Below, in pieces: positions 1 to 13,400 of a stretch of 64,000 bases of DNA. Each line of letters opens with the position of its first letter. Positions within the stretch are counted from its first letter, which is position 1. The DNA comes from Octopus vulgaris (taxonomy: Eukaryota): assembly GCA_951406725.2 (NCBI GenBank), contig OX597831.1:868001-932000 (forward strand). Direction: 5' to 3'. Both the position numbers and the translations under genes were made by a program. The notes under the pieces were generated by a model that saw nothing but the letters and a program-made list of their open reading frames with translations, was not told where the DNA came from and did not search any database.

Positions 1-380
1 TATTCTAGTTTATTTTTAACCTGATGAGTGGCTATATTTATATCAAAGTGATTTTACTACTACTATTAATTTTTTAACTATAATCATTTCTTAAATATAG
101 CCATGAAACACATGTCATTATTCTACCAATTACATATGTTTTTATTACTATTTTTTTTGCAATTTACTTAATCATCGGTATTTTATTGTTATTTTAATTT
201 TAATATTTTTATTATATTAATTTTCAAGATCGTGTAATTTAACTGTTCATTTTCAATTGATAAAAGGTGGTTTTTTTCTAATTTCTAAATATATATTATG
301 TGTGAAATTTGATTTAGTATTTCTAAATTGATTTTTTTTCCCTGTAAGTTAGGATTAATATTCCCTCAAATAATAATTAT
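1..380 (+). mobile_element. Penelope-like element terminal-repeat remnant carrying a hammerhead motif
   Basis: CTGATGA-stem-GAAAC..GTC motif at 21-116, followed by an AT-rich tail ending in (TA)n. PLE identity is inferred from the known association of type I hammerheads with PLE repeats. Confidence 0.5.
17..120 (+). ncRNA. Type I hammerhead ribozyme motif with long stem II, slightly decayed
   Basis: CTGATGA 21-27; stem II TGGCTATATTTA (29-40)/TAAATATAGCCA (92-103); GAAA 105-108; GTC 114-116; stem I TAAC/(A)TTA with one mismatch. Confidence 0.6.
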
Positions 381-392
381 ATATATATATAT

Positions 393-620
393 CTTTTACT
401 CTTTTACTTGTTTCAGCCATTTTGACTGCGGCCATGCTGGAGCACCGCCTTTAGTCGAGCAAATCGACCCCGGGACTTATTCTTTGTAAGCCCAGTACTT
501 ATTCTATCGGTCTCTTTTGCCAAACCGCTAAGTGACGGGGACGTAAACACATCAGCATTGGTTGTCAAGCAATACTAGGGGGACAAATACAGACACACAA
601 ACACACACACATACATACAT
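393..620 (-). mobile_element. SINE family A, 3' half
   Basis: Reverse complement of the family tail ...ctccagcatggccgcagtcaaaatggctgaaacaagtaaaagag; matches the full copy at 6559-6960. Confidence 0.85.
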
Positions 621-820
621 ATATATATATTTGTCATCGTATGCCAGGCAAACAGCAAGTATCAAACCAATGGCGGGCATATTTATTCTTGATATGCTCC
701 AGCTGATTCAGGTGTGAAGATGCTAATCACTGTTGTATTTCATCATAGGGGAACAACTTCACTTTTGAGATGAATATGTGATCATAAAACACTCGATTCA
801 TTAATGTAAGGAGATTCTGG

Positions 821-856
821 GACACCCAGGGTTTTGACACTGTGGTGTCTCATCAG
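821..856 (-). ncRNA. Degenerate hammerhead motif (G12 to A)
   Basis: Minus strand CTGATGA GACAC caca GTGTC AAAA CCC T GGG T; stems II and III intact, stem I not evident. Confidence 0.45.
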
Positions 857-1362
857 GTAAAGGTACATGTATGCATGTACATAAGTGTGTGTGTATGTGT
901 GTGTGTGTGTGTGTATGTGTGTATCTATAAATATACATATGCTGAAGTTGAAAAACCTCATAAACTGTTATTCTGAATTTCACAAAACTGATCATCAAAC
1001 AGAATAGAACTTTTGGAAGAATACAATGCTTTAAAATGGTGCAGTGAGAATCATTTGGCAGCTAATCAAATAAACATATAAGCTGATTGGACAGGGGGCT
1101 GTCATATTTCAAAATAGATGAAATATGCTGGATAAGATGATTGACTATCGATGAAAATAATATAAAGGTTATAAACAAATGAAATAAAGTTGAGTAAAAT
1201 GAAATGTTATGGTTGATGGAGGAAAATAGTTATAACAATAACTGTTTTGAAATATTTTTTTTTATTAATACCATTTACTTTTCTTTTTTTTTTGATATTT
1301 GAGTACTATTTTCTCCAACAGGTTTTGCACTTTTCTGCTACATGTATGTGTGTGTGTGCGTG

Positions 1363-1416
<54 letters not shown>

Positions 1417-1490
1417 CGTGTGTGTGTGTGCACGTGTGCATGTATGCATGTGTGTGTATGTGTATGTATAAAAATATACATATAGTCTGG

Positions 1491-1610
1491 TACTTATCCT
1501 ATCAGTCACTACTGGAAAACCACTAAGCTACAGAGATGTAAACTAACCCACACCAACTGTCAAGTGGTGAGTGATGGGGAGACACGCACACACACACACA
1601 CACACACACA

Positions 1611-1653
<43 letters not shown>

Positions 1654-2010
1654 ACACAAAGAGGTTCTTTTCAGTTTTATCAACCAAATCCACTCACGAG
1701 GCTTTAGACAGCCTGGGGCTGTAGTAGAACACACGTTCCCAAAGTCTCTTTCACCAAACAGCTAAGTTATGGGGATGTAAATACACCAACACGGGTTGTC
1801 AAGTGGTGGTGGTGGGGAGACAAACAGAGACCAAATGACATATTTATACATATAAATAAACGACAGGCTTCTTTTGGTTTCTGTCTACCAAATCCACCCA
1901 CAAAGCTTTGGTTAGCCAAAATTCATAGAAAGAAGACACATGCTCAAGGTGCCATGCATTGGGACTGAACCTGGAACCATCTCGTTGGGAAGCAAACTTC
2001 TTACCACACA
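1491..2010 (-). mobile_element. SINE family A, two overlapping partial copies
   Basis: Family motifs ggttgtcaag, caaatccactcac and gggactgaacc. Confidence 0.75.
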
Positions 2011-2133
2011 CCCACATCATATTAGAGCATCATCCTTAACGTTGTGCTTTTTTGTTCATATATTGAGATCGCATTAAGATATTTTGATTTGTATCTCGAG
2101 AAATTCCTTTTAATATTTGTGTGTGTGTGTACG

Positions 2134-2198
<65 letters not shown>

Positions 2199-2349
2199 CT
2201 CTTTTTAAGAATAGCCAGCAGTCATCTTCTCGACCAATGTGACAATGTGCTGAGAAGCTGCTTTATAGTAGACAATTCTAAATATTTCAGTGACCTTTTA
2301 CAATTCTCACCTAAAAGTACACTGTTTTATGTAATCAATAGGTAATTGT

Positions 2350-3390
2350 ATTACACTGCAGTCACAGCTTGTTGCTCTAGATATCTGCTGTTACAGTGCA
2401 GTAGTAGCTATCTATCTGTACAAGGTGTCTTTTGCTGCTATCTCTGCAGTACAGTAGCTATAACTATAGTGCAGTAGAGACTGTTTGCACAGAGCTGTAG
2501 CTACCTGAACAATACAGCAGATACTTGATGTTGGGAGGTAACATCTGTACAGTAGAGTTCAGTAGCAGTTGTATGTCTGTAACTAGCACCTCTACTGTAC
2601 AATAACTACCTATACTGTACAGTATATGTCCATACAAATACAGTAGCTACCTATAAAAATTTGTATTGCATATTTAGTGTATGAAGCTACCTGTACAGTA
2701 CAGTTTATGTTTGGCTGTTTGTACAGTACAGTAAATGGGTATCTGCACCTATCAGTACAGTATGGGTTTGTCTCTGTTGGTACAGTAGCTGTTGACTGTA
2801 CAGTACAAATAGACATTGGTACTGTACAATCAATGTATGAAGCTATTTGCACAGTATTGTGGATGTCTCTAGCTACTTATACCAGCTATTTATACCTTTC
2901 TCTTCAGTATAGTACAGTATTTGTCTGTATATCATTCTACACTACAGGAGATGACCGTACCTCTGTGGAGGCACATGGCCTAGTGGTTAAAGCAGCGGAC
3001 TCGTGGTCGAGGGATCGCGGGTTCGAATCTCAGACCGGGCAATGTGTATGTTTATGAGCGAAACACCTAAGCTCCATGTGGCTCCAGCAGAAGATAATGG
3101 CGAACTTCTGCTGACTCTTTCGCCACAACTTTCTCTCATTCTTTTCTCCTGCATCTTGCAGCTCACCTGCGACGGACTGGCATCCCATCCAGGTGGGGAA
3201 CCTATACGCCAAGGAAACCGGGAAACCGGCCCTTATGAGCCATGCATGGCTCGAGAAGGAACAAACAAAAGATGACCATACAGTACAGTAGGTATATCTA
3301 ACTAATATCTGCAGTACAAAAGTAGAAACTGGACAGTGCAGTTAACTATCTGTAACTATTATACAGTACAAGAGGAGTTTGTATCTGTTG
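2350..3390. repeat. Degenerate tandem repeat (tacagtacagtagctacctg-like), interrupted by a SINE
   Basis: Recurring ctgtacagtac/gtagctac motifs at ~20-25 bp spacing. Confidence 0.6.
2961..3269 (+). mobile_element. tRNA-derived SINE (family C variant) with 12-bp TSD
   Basis: Pol III A-box TGGCCTAGTGG and B-box GGTTCGAATCT. TSD agatgacc(g/a)tac at 2949-2960 and 3270-3281. Confidence 0.85.
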
Positions 3391-5871
3391 GTAGTGTATG
3401 TCATGCATTAAAGAGTCATCTAGCACCCTGTCTTTTTGCAAGAAAAATGCAGCTCAGCTATTAATAAGCTATGAATATATTACCATCATTGTCATGCGGA
3501 TTATGATGATTATGATGCTTATATCACTTACACCAACATTTCCAACACATCACCTTACTATGAACATCAGATCCATTATGGTCTTACACTTTGCTAATGG
3601 TCGTAGATAAGGTAATAGCAGAGGTAACATAGTTGTGTTGGTGAAAGATAGTCATCATTGATTACATGTTTATAACAAGGCCAATCACTGGTTCACTGCA
3701 TTTCTGAAACAGCCACAGTGTCCAGGGAGTATACACACATGATATTGAAGGCATGACTGAGTTTAATCTTTTTGGGTATTGAATATTTTTTTTCATATTT
3801 CCTTATTAGTTCTCCCTGATTAGTTCGGAACAAAAACATCTCAAGTCTATTAATGTTCCAAGACCATCCCCTTCCTAGAATTATCTTCTGAATGAAGCAA
3901 TGATGGTGATACTATTACTGCTGCATTTTGCAGCAGGCAGCAAGGGATCATAGAAATAATGTTGTAACTGACTAAATCATCATCGCCAGACCTAACGCTG
4001 TTTAATGAATAACTTTCATAGTTTATTCCACAGGTGTAGTGCCTGTGATTTGATTTCTGCTTCTATTTTTTGTCTTTTTTTTTGCTATTTGTAAAGCTTT
4101 TCTCTTGTTTTTATATTGATCTCAGCACTTCACTTGTTCTTATTTTATCAATTCCAGAATTATGGTGGTGGTGGTGGTGGTGGGGGTAAAAATACTGAAC
4201 TCAGGACATAAAAAAAGATAGAACTAAGATGTTCTTTTGAAATATACATAAGAAAACGAAAGAAGCAAACAAATACTACTCCCCCCACCAATTCCTTAGC
4301 ATACCAGTAGAGACAATGTTCATATAAGGAGATGGACATGTTCTGGAATATTAAACGAATGGTCAAGAGTAAACTAGTTAAGGTGGTAGTGTTTGTGGTA
4401 GTGGTCATGTCGTGTTGGTAGAAGTGGTAGTGTTTGTAGTGATGATGAAGGTGGTACTAATAGTAGTGGTAGTTACTTTGGTGATAGGGATGTAGGTGGT
4501 GATAATGGTAGTCTTTTAGTAGTAGTAGTAGTATTAGTAGTAGTAATAGTAGTAGTAGTGATGACAGTAGTGGTGATGTTAATGCTATTATTGATAGTAA
4601 TTGGATTTAGTGGTGGTGGTGGTGGTGATGTTAGTGGTAGCTGTGATAGTGATGATGATGGTTATAACAGTAGGAGGTGTAGTAGTAGTAGTAGTAGTGG
4701 TGATGTTGCTGTGATTAAGAGATAGCAGGATGGTGGTGGTGGTGATGGTGGTGAGGGAGAATGCATCAAGTGACCAACAGCACTGACTTAATGGCGGTCA
4801 TAAATTATAACCTCATTTACCATTGCTACTTCTTCAGACCTCGCTGCTGCCACCACCGCCTCTACTGATATAGTTATTCTTACTACTGTTACAATTTTGT
4901 GGTTGTTGTTGTAGAATACCAAAGCCAAAATTACTGAGTTCTTGAGGGAATAGACTGCTGACACTTTGGATAACCATATGGATTTATAGCTGGTTCTGAA
5001 GTAGATGGGTTGGGTCAGTTTGTGTTGTCCAAGTGATGGTGGTGCATACCAATTAGATAGCTGGCAGCCGGGCTGGTCAGTGGTTGGTTGGTTGGTGGGT
5101 TGGTTGACTGGCTGGCTGGCTGGCTGGTAGGTAGGTTGGTTGTTTGGCTAGCTGGGAGTATGGCCCAATGGCTGGGCTTGTAGACATATTCCTTCCTCAT
5201 GGACAGTTTGTTTATTGTTATCTGAACACCACAGAATATCTCTATTGTCTTTGTTTTTAGCCCCTGGACAACCTGATTGAATGAGTTGATTTATGATCAT
5301 ACAAATCTCAACTGTGACCTTCTCGCCTTTTATTTCCTGACATAATGTACCAAATTTCTCCCAAATCACACCTCTTTTAAGACTGTAGGGCAATCATAGG
5401 CAAATTGTGGCTTGTGGGACTTTGTGGATGGTACTCCGATTGAAAAATCATCTTGAATTCTTTTTTAAGTTGTGTGGCCCATCTAATGATGAGCCTTGTC
5501 TCCTGTGACCCACCTCTTAAAAAAAGTTATCCATGCCTGCTGTAGGGCATGATTTGAGAGAGATTTTACTGCTATTTCTAGCAGGTCAGATATCCATGTA
5601 AAAGCTCTTTTGGTAGCCTGTATGACCTTGTAAAGGTTCTGCCCTACAAGTGAGATAACTGAGTGGATAAAGTAGTGGACAACTTCTTTATGGATCGTGA
5701 GTTCAAATCTACATCAGGAATTTCGTTGTGTTTTAGAAAATAAAATAAAATCCATTTTATTCTATTATTCATTGCTGAAGTTCACCCAAATTTTGTAAAA
5801 GTGATTAAATAGCAGATTATCTGGGAACAGATCAATAGGGGTAATTTATCATCCAATAGATACATATACCT

Positions 5872-6253
5872 ATTTTTTACTTGTTTCTGTTATTCGATGG
5901 CGGTCATGCTGGGGTACTACCTTGAAGAATTTTAGACAAATGAATTGACTCCAGTTCTTGATACTGTTTTTTTTTTTGCCAAGTCACTGAATTATAGGGA
6001 CATAAACACACTAATAACGGCTGTCAAGCAGTGATGGGGGTCAAACACAGACACGAAGACACACACACACACACATGCACAAATATATGCTACAGGCTTC
6101 TTTCAATTTCTGTCTATCAAATCCACTCACAAGGCTTTGGTCAGCCCAGGGCTATAGTAGAAGACACTTGCCCAAGGTGCCATGCAGTGGGACTGAACCT
6201 GGAACCATGTGACAGGGAAGCAAGCTTCATACCACACAACCATGCCTGCACCT
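5872..6253 (-). mobile_element. SINE family A, near full length
   Basis: Reverse complement aligns with 6559-6960. Confidence 0.85.
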
Positions 6254-6342
6254 ACATATGACAACAAAATGTCAAACATATTGATTGTTTATTGTATGAG
6301 TGCTTGTGGCAGATGTGTGACAGTGGTTAGGGTTAGCTATAG

Positions 6343-6412
<70 letters not shown>

Positions 6413-6558
6413 TTAAGGAGGTAAACTTAGAAATCTTAATAAAATTTTGAATTGATTTTACCCTAAAAATACTAAAATGCTACATTTCCACGTGGTCTTG
6501 TCCTTGCAGGGACTGAACATTTTAAATGTAGCAAGATAAAGTGAAGATATTTTACATA

Positions 6559-6960
6559 GGTGCAGGAGTGGCTGTGTGGTAAGTAGCTTGTTTACCAACC
6601 ACATAGTTCCGGGTTCAGTCCCACTGCGTGGCATCTTGGACAAGTGTCTTCTACTATAGCCTCGGGCCGACCAAAGCCTTGTGAGTGGATTTGGTAGACG
6701 CAAACTGAAAGAAGCCTGTCGTATATATGTATATGTGTGTGTGAGTGTATGTTTGTGTTTGTCCCCCTAGCATTGCTTGATAACCGATGCTGGTGTGTTT
6801 ATGTCTCCATCACTTAGCGGTTCGGCAAAAGAGACAGATAGAATAAGTACTGGGCTTACAAAGAATAAGTTCCGGGGTTGAGTTTCTCGATTAAAGGCGG
6901 TGCTCCAGCATGGCCACAGTCAAATGAGTGAAACAAGTAAAAGAGTAAAAGAGTAAAGAG
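6559..6960 (+). mobile_element. SINE family A, full length (tRNA-like head, internal TA/TG microsatellite, aagagtaa tail)
   Basis: Head ggtgcaggagtggctgtgtggtaag...ggttcagtccc (A/B-box-like); more than 10 related copies in the window. Confidence 0.9.
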
Positions 6961-7380
6961 TATTATACTTTGCTGTTCAATCTGCCAATATTTGTGTCTG
7001 TTCAAAAGTTGTAGTGGTGTATGCTTCAGATATATGTGCCTGCATGGGAATCTACTAAGTAGTTACTCAGCTGGTTCTCTTTCTAATCACATCTTATATT
7101 TAAAAAAAAAAATACAAGGATGCATTAGATAAATATAAGCTATAAAAGGATGGGATGTTATGGTGGCTGGAATGTCTTGACTGAGCAAAACAACAACAGC
7201 AACTAAAGATACAAGGTGAGGCAGGGTACAATTTGAAAGAGATTTGACTCCTAATTCTAGTCAATGAAACAGGTTATTATAATAAACCAAGCAATATATA
7301 TATATATATATATATTATGATATGTAGAAAAATACAAACTGAGACAAGAACGCATAAGAACTTAGAAGACGATACCAGGG

Positions 7381-7601
7381 TCATGGGCCCGGTTTCCCGG
7401 TTTCTATGGCGTATGTGTTCCCCAGCTGGACGGGATGCCAGTCCATCACAGTGTTACTCATTTTTGCCAGCTGAGTGGACTGGAACAACGTGAAAATGAA
7501 GTGTTTTGCTCAAGAACACAACGCGTCGCCCGGTCCAGGAATCGAAACCACAATCTTACGATCATGATGTTGACACCCTAACCACTAAGCCACGCACCTC
7601 C
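7381..7601 (-). mobile_element. tRNA-derived SINE family C
   Basis: Reverse complement of the copy at 11729-11974 (gtggcttagtggtt...tcgattcctggaccggg...gatggactgg). Confidence 0.85.
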
Positions 7602-7621
7602 ATGTATATGTGCATACTTAC

Positions 7622-7688
<67 letters not shown>

Positions 7689-9029
7689 TGCATATGTGAG
7701 CACAGGATGTCACAAAACGTGTACAACAAAAATTACGAAGTACAAGTACATGGAATATGAACAATTTTTTCAAACAATGAAAGACACAAATGGAAAAAAA
7801 ATACAAACAAAATACATATATGTACATTCCCAGTCTCAGTGAGGTATCATACATAAGAGGGGATATGTACCCTAGATTTCACAGTGTTACATAATAAAGG
7901 TAAGAACATGTGTCTATCAGCAGGTTTATCTATGGGGTGGGGTTCAATTTAGCCGTGCTCAAACTACGAAAACTATGTCAGTTACTTAGTGTTCTGTGCT
8001 GCTTATAATTGTGCAATATACCTCCACATGATATCTATACACACATCTAAATGGACTGCATATCTCCATGGTATTTCCTACCCCTCCTACAGGCTGCCAC
8101 TACTACCACTGCCACTACCTTCACCACCACCACCACCACCACCACCACCACCAACATAACCCACTTCCTCCTCCTTCTGTGTGTTGCAAACCATCAAAGG
8201 CCACTGACATCTTGCAGTTGCAAAAATGTCAAGGGCTTTTGATAGTTCTCAGTATCTGCAAGTTGCCTCTCTGCAGTTAAACATTTTCAGTTAAATAGGT
8301 TGGAACAACGTGAAATGAAGTGCCTTGCTCAAGGACATAATGTGCCACTTGGTCTAGGAATGAAACCATTTGAATTTACTTCTGTGAATCTAACAGCTAA
8401 ACCACTGGGCTATGCATTTTCACGTATGGCATATATTTATAATTAAACTGATTGTATCATTCCATGGTACTGATGCAGAATTAGTTAAACTGCAATATTT
8501 TAAAGTTCCTATTCACAGCTATGATGACTGTGTATTCACATGATACTTATATAAAAAGGTGGACCAAACCATCACATCAACCTTTGGACTGTACTAATTC
8601 TACCAACATTCTAATTTAAAGCTAACGGAACTCCTTATACCCTAACTCGTTAATTAAAATCTTAACAAGTAACATTTCAGCAAGTGCCATAACTTAGCAA
8701 GTACTAACATAACAAGTATGAATTAAGCAAGTTGCCACTTTCGGCAAGTGCCCAACTCAGTAAACCCTGTCAAAATAGCAAATGCTTCAAATCAGCAAGT
8801 GCTTGCTTGCTAAGTTGTGGCACTCGCTGAAGTGTTACCCGTTGAGTTTTTATTTGCTGAGTTGTAGGGCTCCCTAGAAAACTGTACTTTCCAATGGTCC
8901 CTACATACAGATAAATGGAGTGAGCCAGAAAGGGACAAGCATCTTTGCTAGTGGCACAGCAAAGCACCTGAGTCAACTCTTGAACCAGCAAGCTGTCAGA
9001 CAATAAGTCAATAATCTAATAACTCTCTC

Positions 9030-9405
9030 AATCTTTTATCTTTCACCCATGTCACTCATTGGACTGTGGCCATGCTGGAGCACCACCTTGAATGGATTAA
9101 ATCAAGCGATTGACCCAATACTTATTTTTTTAAAGCCTGGTACATATTCAATTGATCTCTTTTGAAAAACCACTAAGTTACAGGTATGTAAACAAACCAA
9201 CACCATTTGTGAAGTGGTGGCAGTGGGAGCTGGGCAGATAAGATACAGACACACACACATCAAGTTTCTTTCAGTTTCTGTTGAGCAAATCCATTCAAGA
9301 CTTTGGTTGGCACGAACCCACAGTAGAAAGACACTTTGCCAAGGTGCCACGCAGAGTGACTGAATCCAAGGCCAGATGGTTGGGAAGCAAGCTTCTTAAC
9401 CACAC
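9030..9405 (-). mobile_element. SINE family A, diverged
   Basis: gactgtggccatgctggagcacc, caaggtgccacgcag and cttaaccacac motifs. Confidence 0.8.
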
Positions 9406-10571
9406 TTAATTCTAAGTGAAATCCAAACGATGAAGGTCAAAGTGTTTTTAAAGTGAAGAGAAGAAACACGAATAATATTTACTCAGAGTGGAACGAGCAT
9501 AAACATGTAGAAAATGTAATTATTAAGTAAACAAGAAAACCTCTCCCCTCATCCTCTCTCACTTTACCATCACAATGTCTAGGCTCTCAGCATGGTTAAT
9601 TTAGTTCGTTAATAATTATAGGCTGCACTAATTAATGTCAGTGTTGTTTCTTCACATTTCAAATTGAATTAACTTCATGTTACTAATGAACTACAATGGA
9701 ATTAATATATGAATGCTTTTTTTTTTCCTTAGAAAAGAATCTAAGAACATAGAGGAGAGAATGAAAGAGAGGATAAATATACATACATGCTTATGTATAT
9801 ATATATATATGTCAGTGTATGTGTGAGAGTGTGTATAATATATATATATGTATATGCATACACACACATCGTCTTCTTTACATTCATTTTTCTATTCTGT
9901 TATGGGTTGGATGGGACATTTTAAGACAGTGTTTTTGGTGAGATGCTCCTTCTGATGCTAACCTTTTAGTTGCTCATTACATACAAGAATACAATGTACC
10001 TTCTTCAAAAAATCAAGATGTGTGTGTATTGTATGTGTGAGAGAAGAGAGGAGAGAGAGAAAAAGAAGTAAGTGAAGTACTATATAGTATTGAGCTAAGC
10101 AAAAATGTAAGATAGACTTATAAAGTATTCTTAGTAAACAGATTGTGATTAGATCACAAGTTTTTCTTTTTGGAGCCAGAACAAAAGAGTGATCTAATTA
10201 GTTTCAGTATTTAGTAAAGCTTCATCAGAAATTGGTTACCAATTCTTGGTCATAGAGAGGATAGTAGCTTATAGCTATTATGGCTATTTATGGTATGTGC
10301 ACACTTGGACAGAACTAAATTTTTAATTTACACAACAGTGCAAACACTGGCTACACAGATTAATTAATTAATAAAAATACTATATAGTAGTGGGATAAGA
10401 CAAAATGAAAGATAAATTTACAAATGTGTGCTTTTAGTAAACAAAAAATCTGTGGCGTAAACATAGTAAATCATTTTTCTTATCAAGGCTAAATTTGATA
10501 AAATAAAATACAATAGTTTGGCAGTGGTTTAAGTTGACCTTAACTATAACCACTGCCAATATTTGAGTCAA

Positions 10572-10790
10572 GGAAGGCAGCATATTAGTAGAATTGATAG
10601 CACACCAGGCAAAATGCTTTTTGTTTGTCTTTACGTTTTGAGTTCAAATTTCACTGAGGTTGACTTTGCCTTCCATCTTTACAGGGTTGATAAAACAAGT
10701 ACCAGTTGAATACTGGGGTTGATGTAATCAACTTACTTCCCCCCCCAAAAAAAAATTGGTGGCCTTGTGCCAAAATTTGAAATCAATATT
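10572..10790 (+). mobile_element. SINE family B
   Basis: gagttcaaatt...gactttgccttccatc...gttgataaaacaagtaccag core. Confidence 0.75.
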
Positions 10791-11728
10791 TGAGTCAAGA
10801 CTTTGTAGCTATGTCAGAAATCAATTGTACATGATATCAGACAGTATATAATAGCATCTATTGAGTCTTGCTACATGATACCACACAGTATAAAGATAGA
10901 GACTCCTTGTGGTCACTCAACCTCTAGAAATAGCAGCTGAAACCCTCAAATCCTTTCTTGCCATTAAAAAGGGAAAAACGAAAAAGACACATTGAATGAT
11001 GTGGTTTTAGATTCAAATGCATGAATAAAATATGTGATGGTCATGATCGGAACGCATTTGATTATAGATGCACATGATCAGGCTAAACAGCAGCAGCAGC
11101 CCCACCCCACCCAACAACAGCAGCAGCAGCAGCATTTGGAAACTCTTCCTACTACTAACAATTTAACTGCAAATTAGAAGTGGGACTAGTTTGTCAGGTA
11201 AACAAGACAAGCAGAGCTACTGGTCTTCAAAAGGGATATACACACAAATGATGTAATAGTGTAGCCATTATAACCAATGCTGACCATTAGAACATTTTGC
11301 TATCACCAACCAAAAGAGTGCAGAGTTGTTTATTTATCCAACCAATAGAAAACAGTTTTAACTGAATGGCTTGTAACAATGTCAGTTTTACATATCTCAC
11401 AAACTAACAGGGAAAAAAAAATACTGAGTTACTCATACATATTTAACAAGTGTGGCTTGCTTAGCTGATAAAAATTTTTTTTTTTTATAAAATTGGCAAT
11501 GTTGTTTACGTGAATGACAATAATAGATAAACAATATTTGACTGATCAATAGATATTTAATGCAAGACAGTGTTGTTGATTGATTTAACTGACCAACAGA
11601 CCAATATTATTTCAAAGAACAATAAATGAATTTTTGGAAAACAATGTCGTCTGTCCTGATCGAACAGATCTATAATCAAAAGAATTCCAGCTGTGACCAT
11701 CTCGTCTTTTTACCTCAGTATCTCTAGG

Positions 11729-11974
11729 AGTGTGGAGGCACGTGGCTTAGTGGTTAAGGTGTCAGAACCATGACCGAAAGATTGTGGTTTCGATTCCTGG
11801 ACCGGGTGACACGTTGTGTTCTTGAGCAAAACACTTCATTTCATGTTGCTCCAGTCCACTCAGCTGGCAAAAATGAGTAATGCTGCGATGGACTGGAATA
11901 CAGTCCAGCTGGGGAACACATACGCCATAGAAGCCTGGCTAGGCTTTAAAAGGGCACATTCTTTAATTATTTTT
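11729..11974 (+). mobile_element. tRNA-derived SINE family C with TSD
   Basis: A-box gtggcttagtgg, B-box gtttcgattcc. TSD tatctctagg at 11719-11728 and 11975-11984. Confidence 0.85.
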
Positions 11975-13400
11975 TATCTCTAGGCGTATATTATTCAGTG
12001 TATCCTTCCACTTTAAAGGTGATAAAGTGTGATATGAGGGAGATTTGGCTGCTATTTCTAGCTGACCAAACAACTAAGTAGAGGCTTTTGCATTGGCATA
12101 TAAAACAACATTGTATATTCAGAAGGCCTTTATTTCTTTAAGCGATCAGTCAAAATTTTTGAGTGTTATTTACTTAATGCAGTGGCAATATTTCAGTAAT
12201 CAATCAGTATTTAACAAAGACCTCTTCAGCTAACTCAGCCAACATAATGAAACTGCCTTATTTACTTAGTTGGTCAACGGAAAACGACAGCAACAACAAT
12301 ATTCATTGAATAACCGATAATATATTTTTAACAAAAACGGCAATAAACAATCTTCAACTGACTAACGAGATTTCACATCAAATGAAAATTATTTTCAATG
12401 ACCAAGCAACACTGTTTTGATCTTTAACACTATCGGTCATTTAGAAAGCTGAAATTTGATAGGGGTCGTTGAAAAGAAGAAGAAGAAGAAAAAGAAGGAG
12501 AGAAACAGCAGATGAAGAAATCTAGTTAGCATAAGAAAGGGAGTAAACCAAGCCACAAGATTGCAGTAAACAGTATTCTAAGATACCCTTAATGTCTTGT
12601 TATAAATTTACACTCTCTAATGACTTTAGTGATTTCCCTGTAGTTATTTTGAGATGTGTTCTTTCTCATATAGGAAATTCCATCCTTCAAGGCAGAATAT
12701 TGATTATCTGTTGGGAATTGAGAGCAGAAGACACAATATCAAAATGGCTTCTTTGATAACAGAAATAACAAATGTTTCACTCTTTAGTCTTTGAAGTCTT
12801 CTTCTTGATTTCATTAATGTTTGCTTTGTCTCTATTTTCATTAAAGAAGAGTTCTACATAAAGGTTAATTACTAAACTATCAGATTTCACTACATTTGGC
12901 TTTGACACAACTCACCTCCATATATGAAGGTTATACCAGTTATGTGTTTGCATATGTGTGTGTAGGTATAACTTTATACACAAACACACACATATATATA
13001 TGTGTATATCAACTCTGCTACATATATACTTTATATATAAATATATGTATGTGTGTAATAAAAATGGGCTGCATTAGTGTTCGCGATTATATAAGTCAAT
13101 AAAAACCACTAGGAGCCTTTTAAATTGCAAGTGGGTGAGTGTTTAGCCCTGGTCTCATGGGGTTAATTATATATAAAATAATAGACACATACACACATTT
13201 TGGAGTAGAATTAATGTATATAACAGGTACCTTTGTAAGTGCTACTCATAGGTTCACATTATACACGTTTAGTAAGACAATGAAAAACTGTTTGTTGCCT
13301 AAGAAATGGTTATGAGTATAACACGAAACTCCAAGTACCGACACAGACAACATCAGACACGTATACACACGACTTCCTACTCCTCCTCCATTTATATATT

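Noticed and set aside
2965-3040. tRNA-like sequence with A and B boxes
   Set aside because: It is the head of a SINE (continues into the SINE body, TSD present), not a tRNA gene.
13295-13345. Hammerhead-like ctaagaa...gttat-gagt-ataac..gaaactccaagta
   Set aside because: Two core mismatches and no convincing stem I; too degenerate to call.
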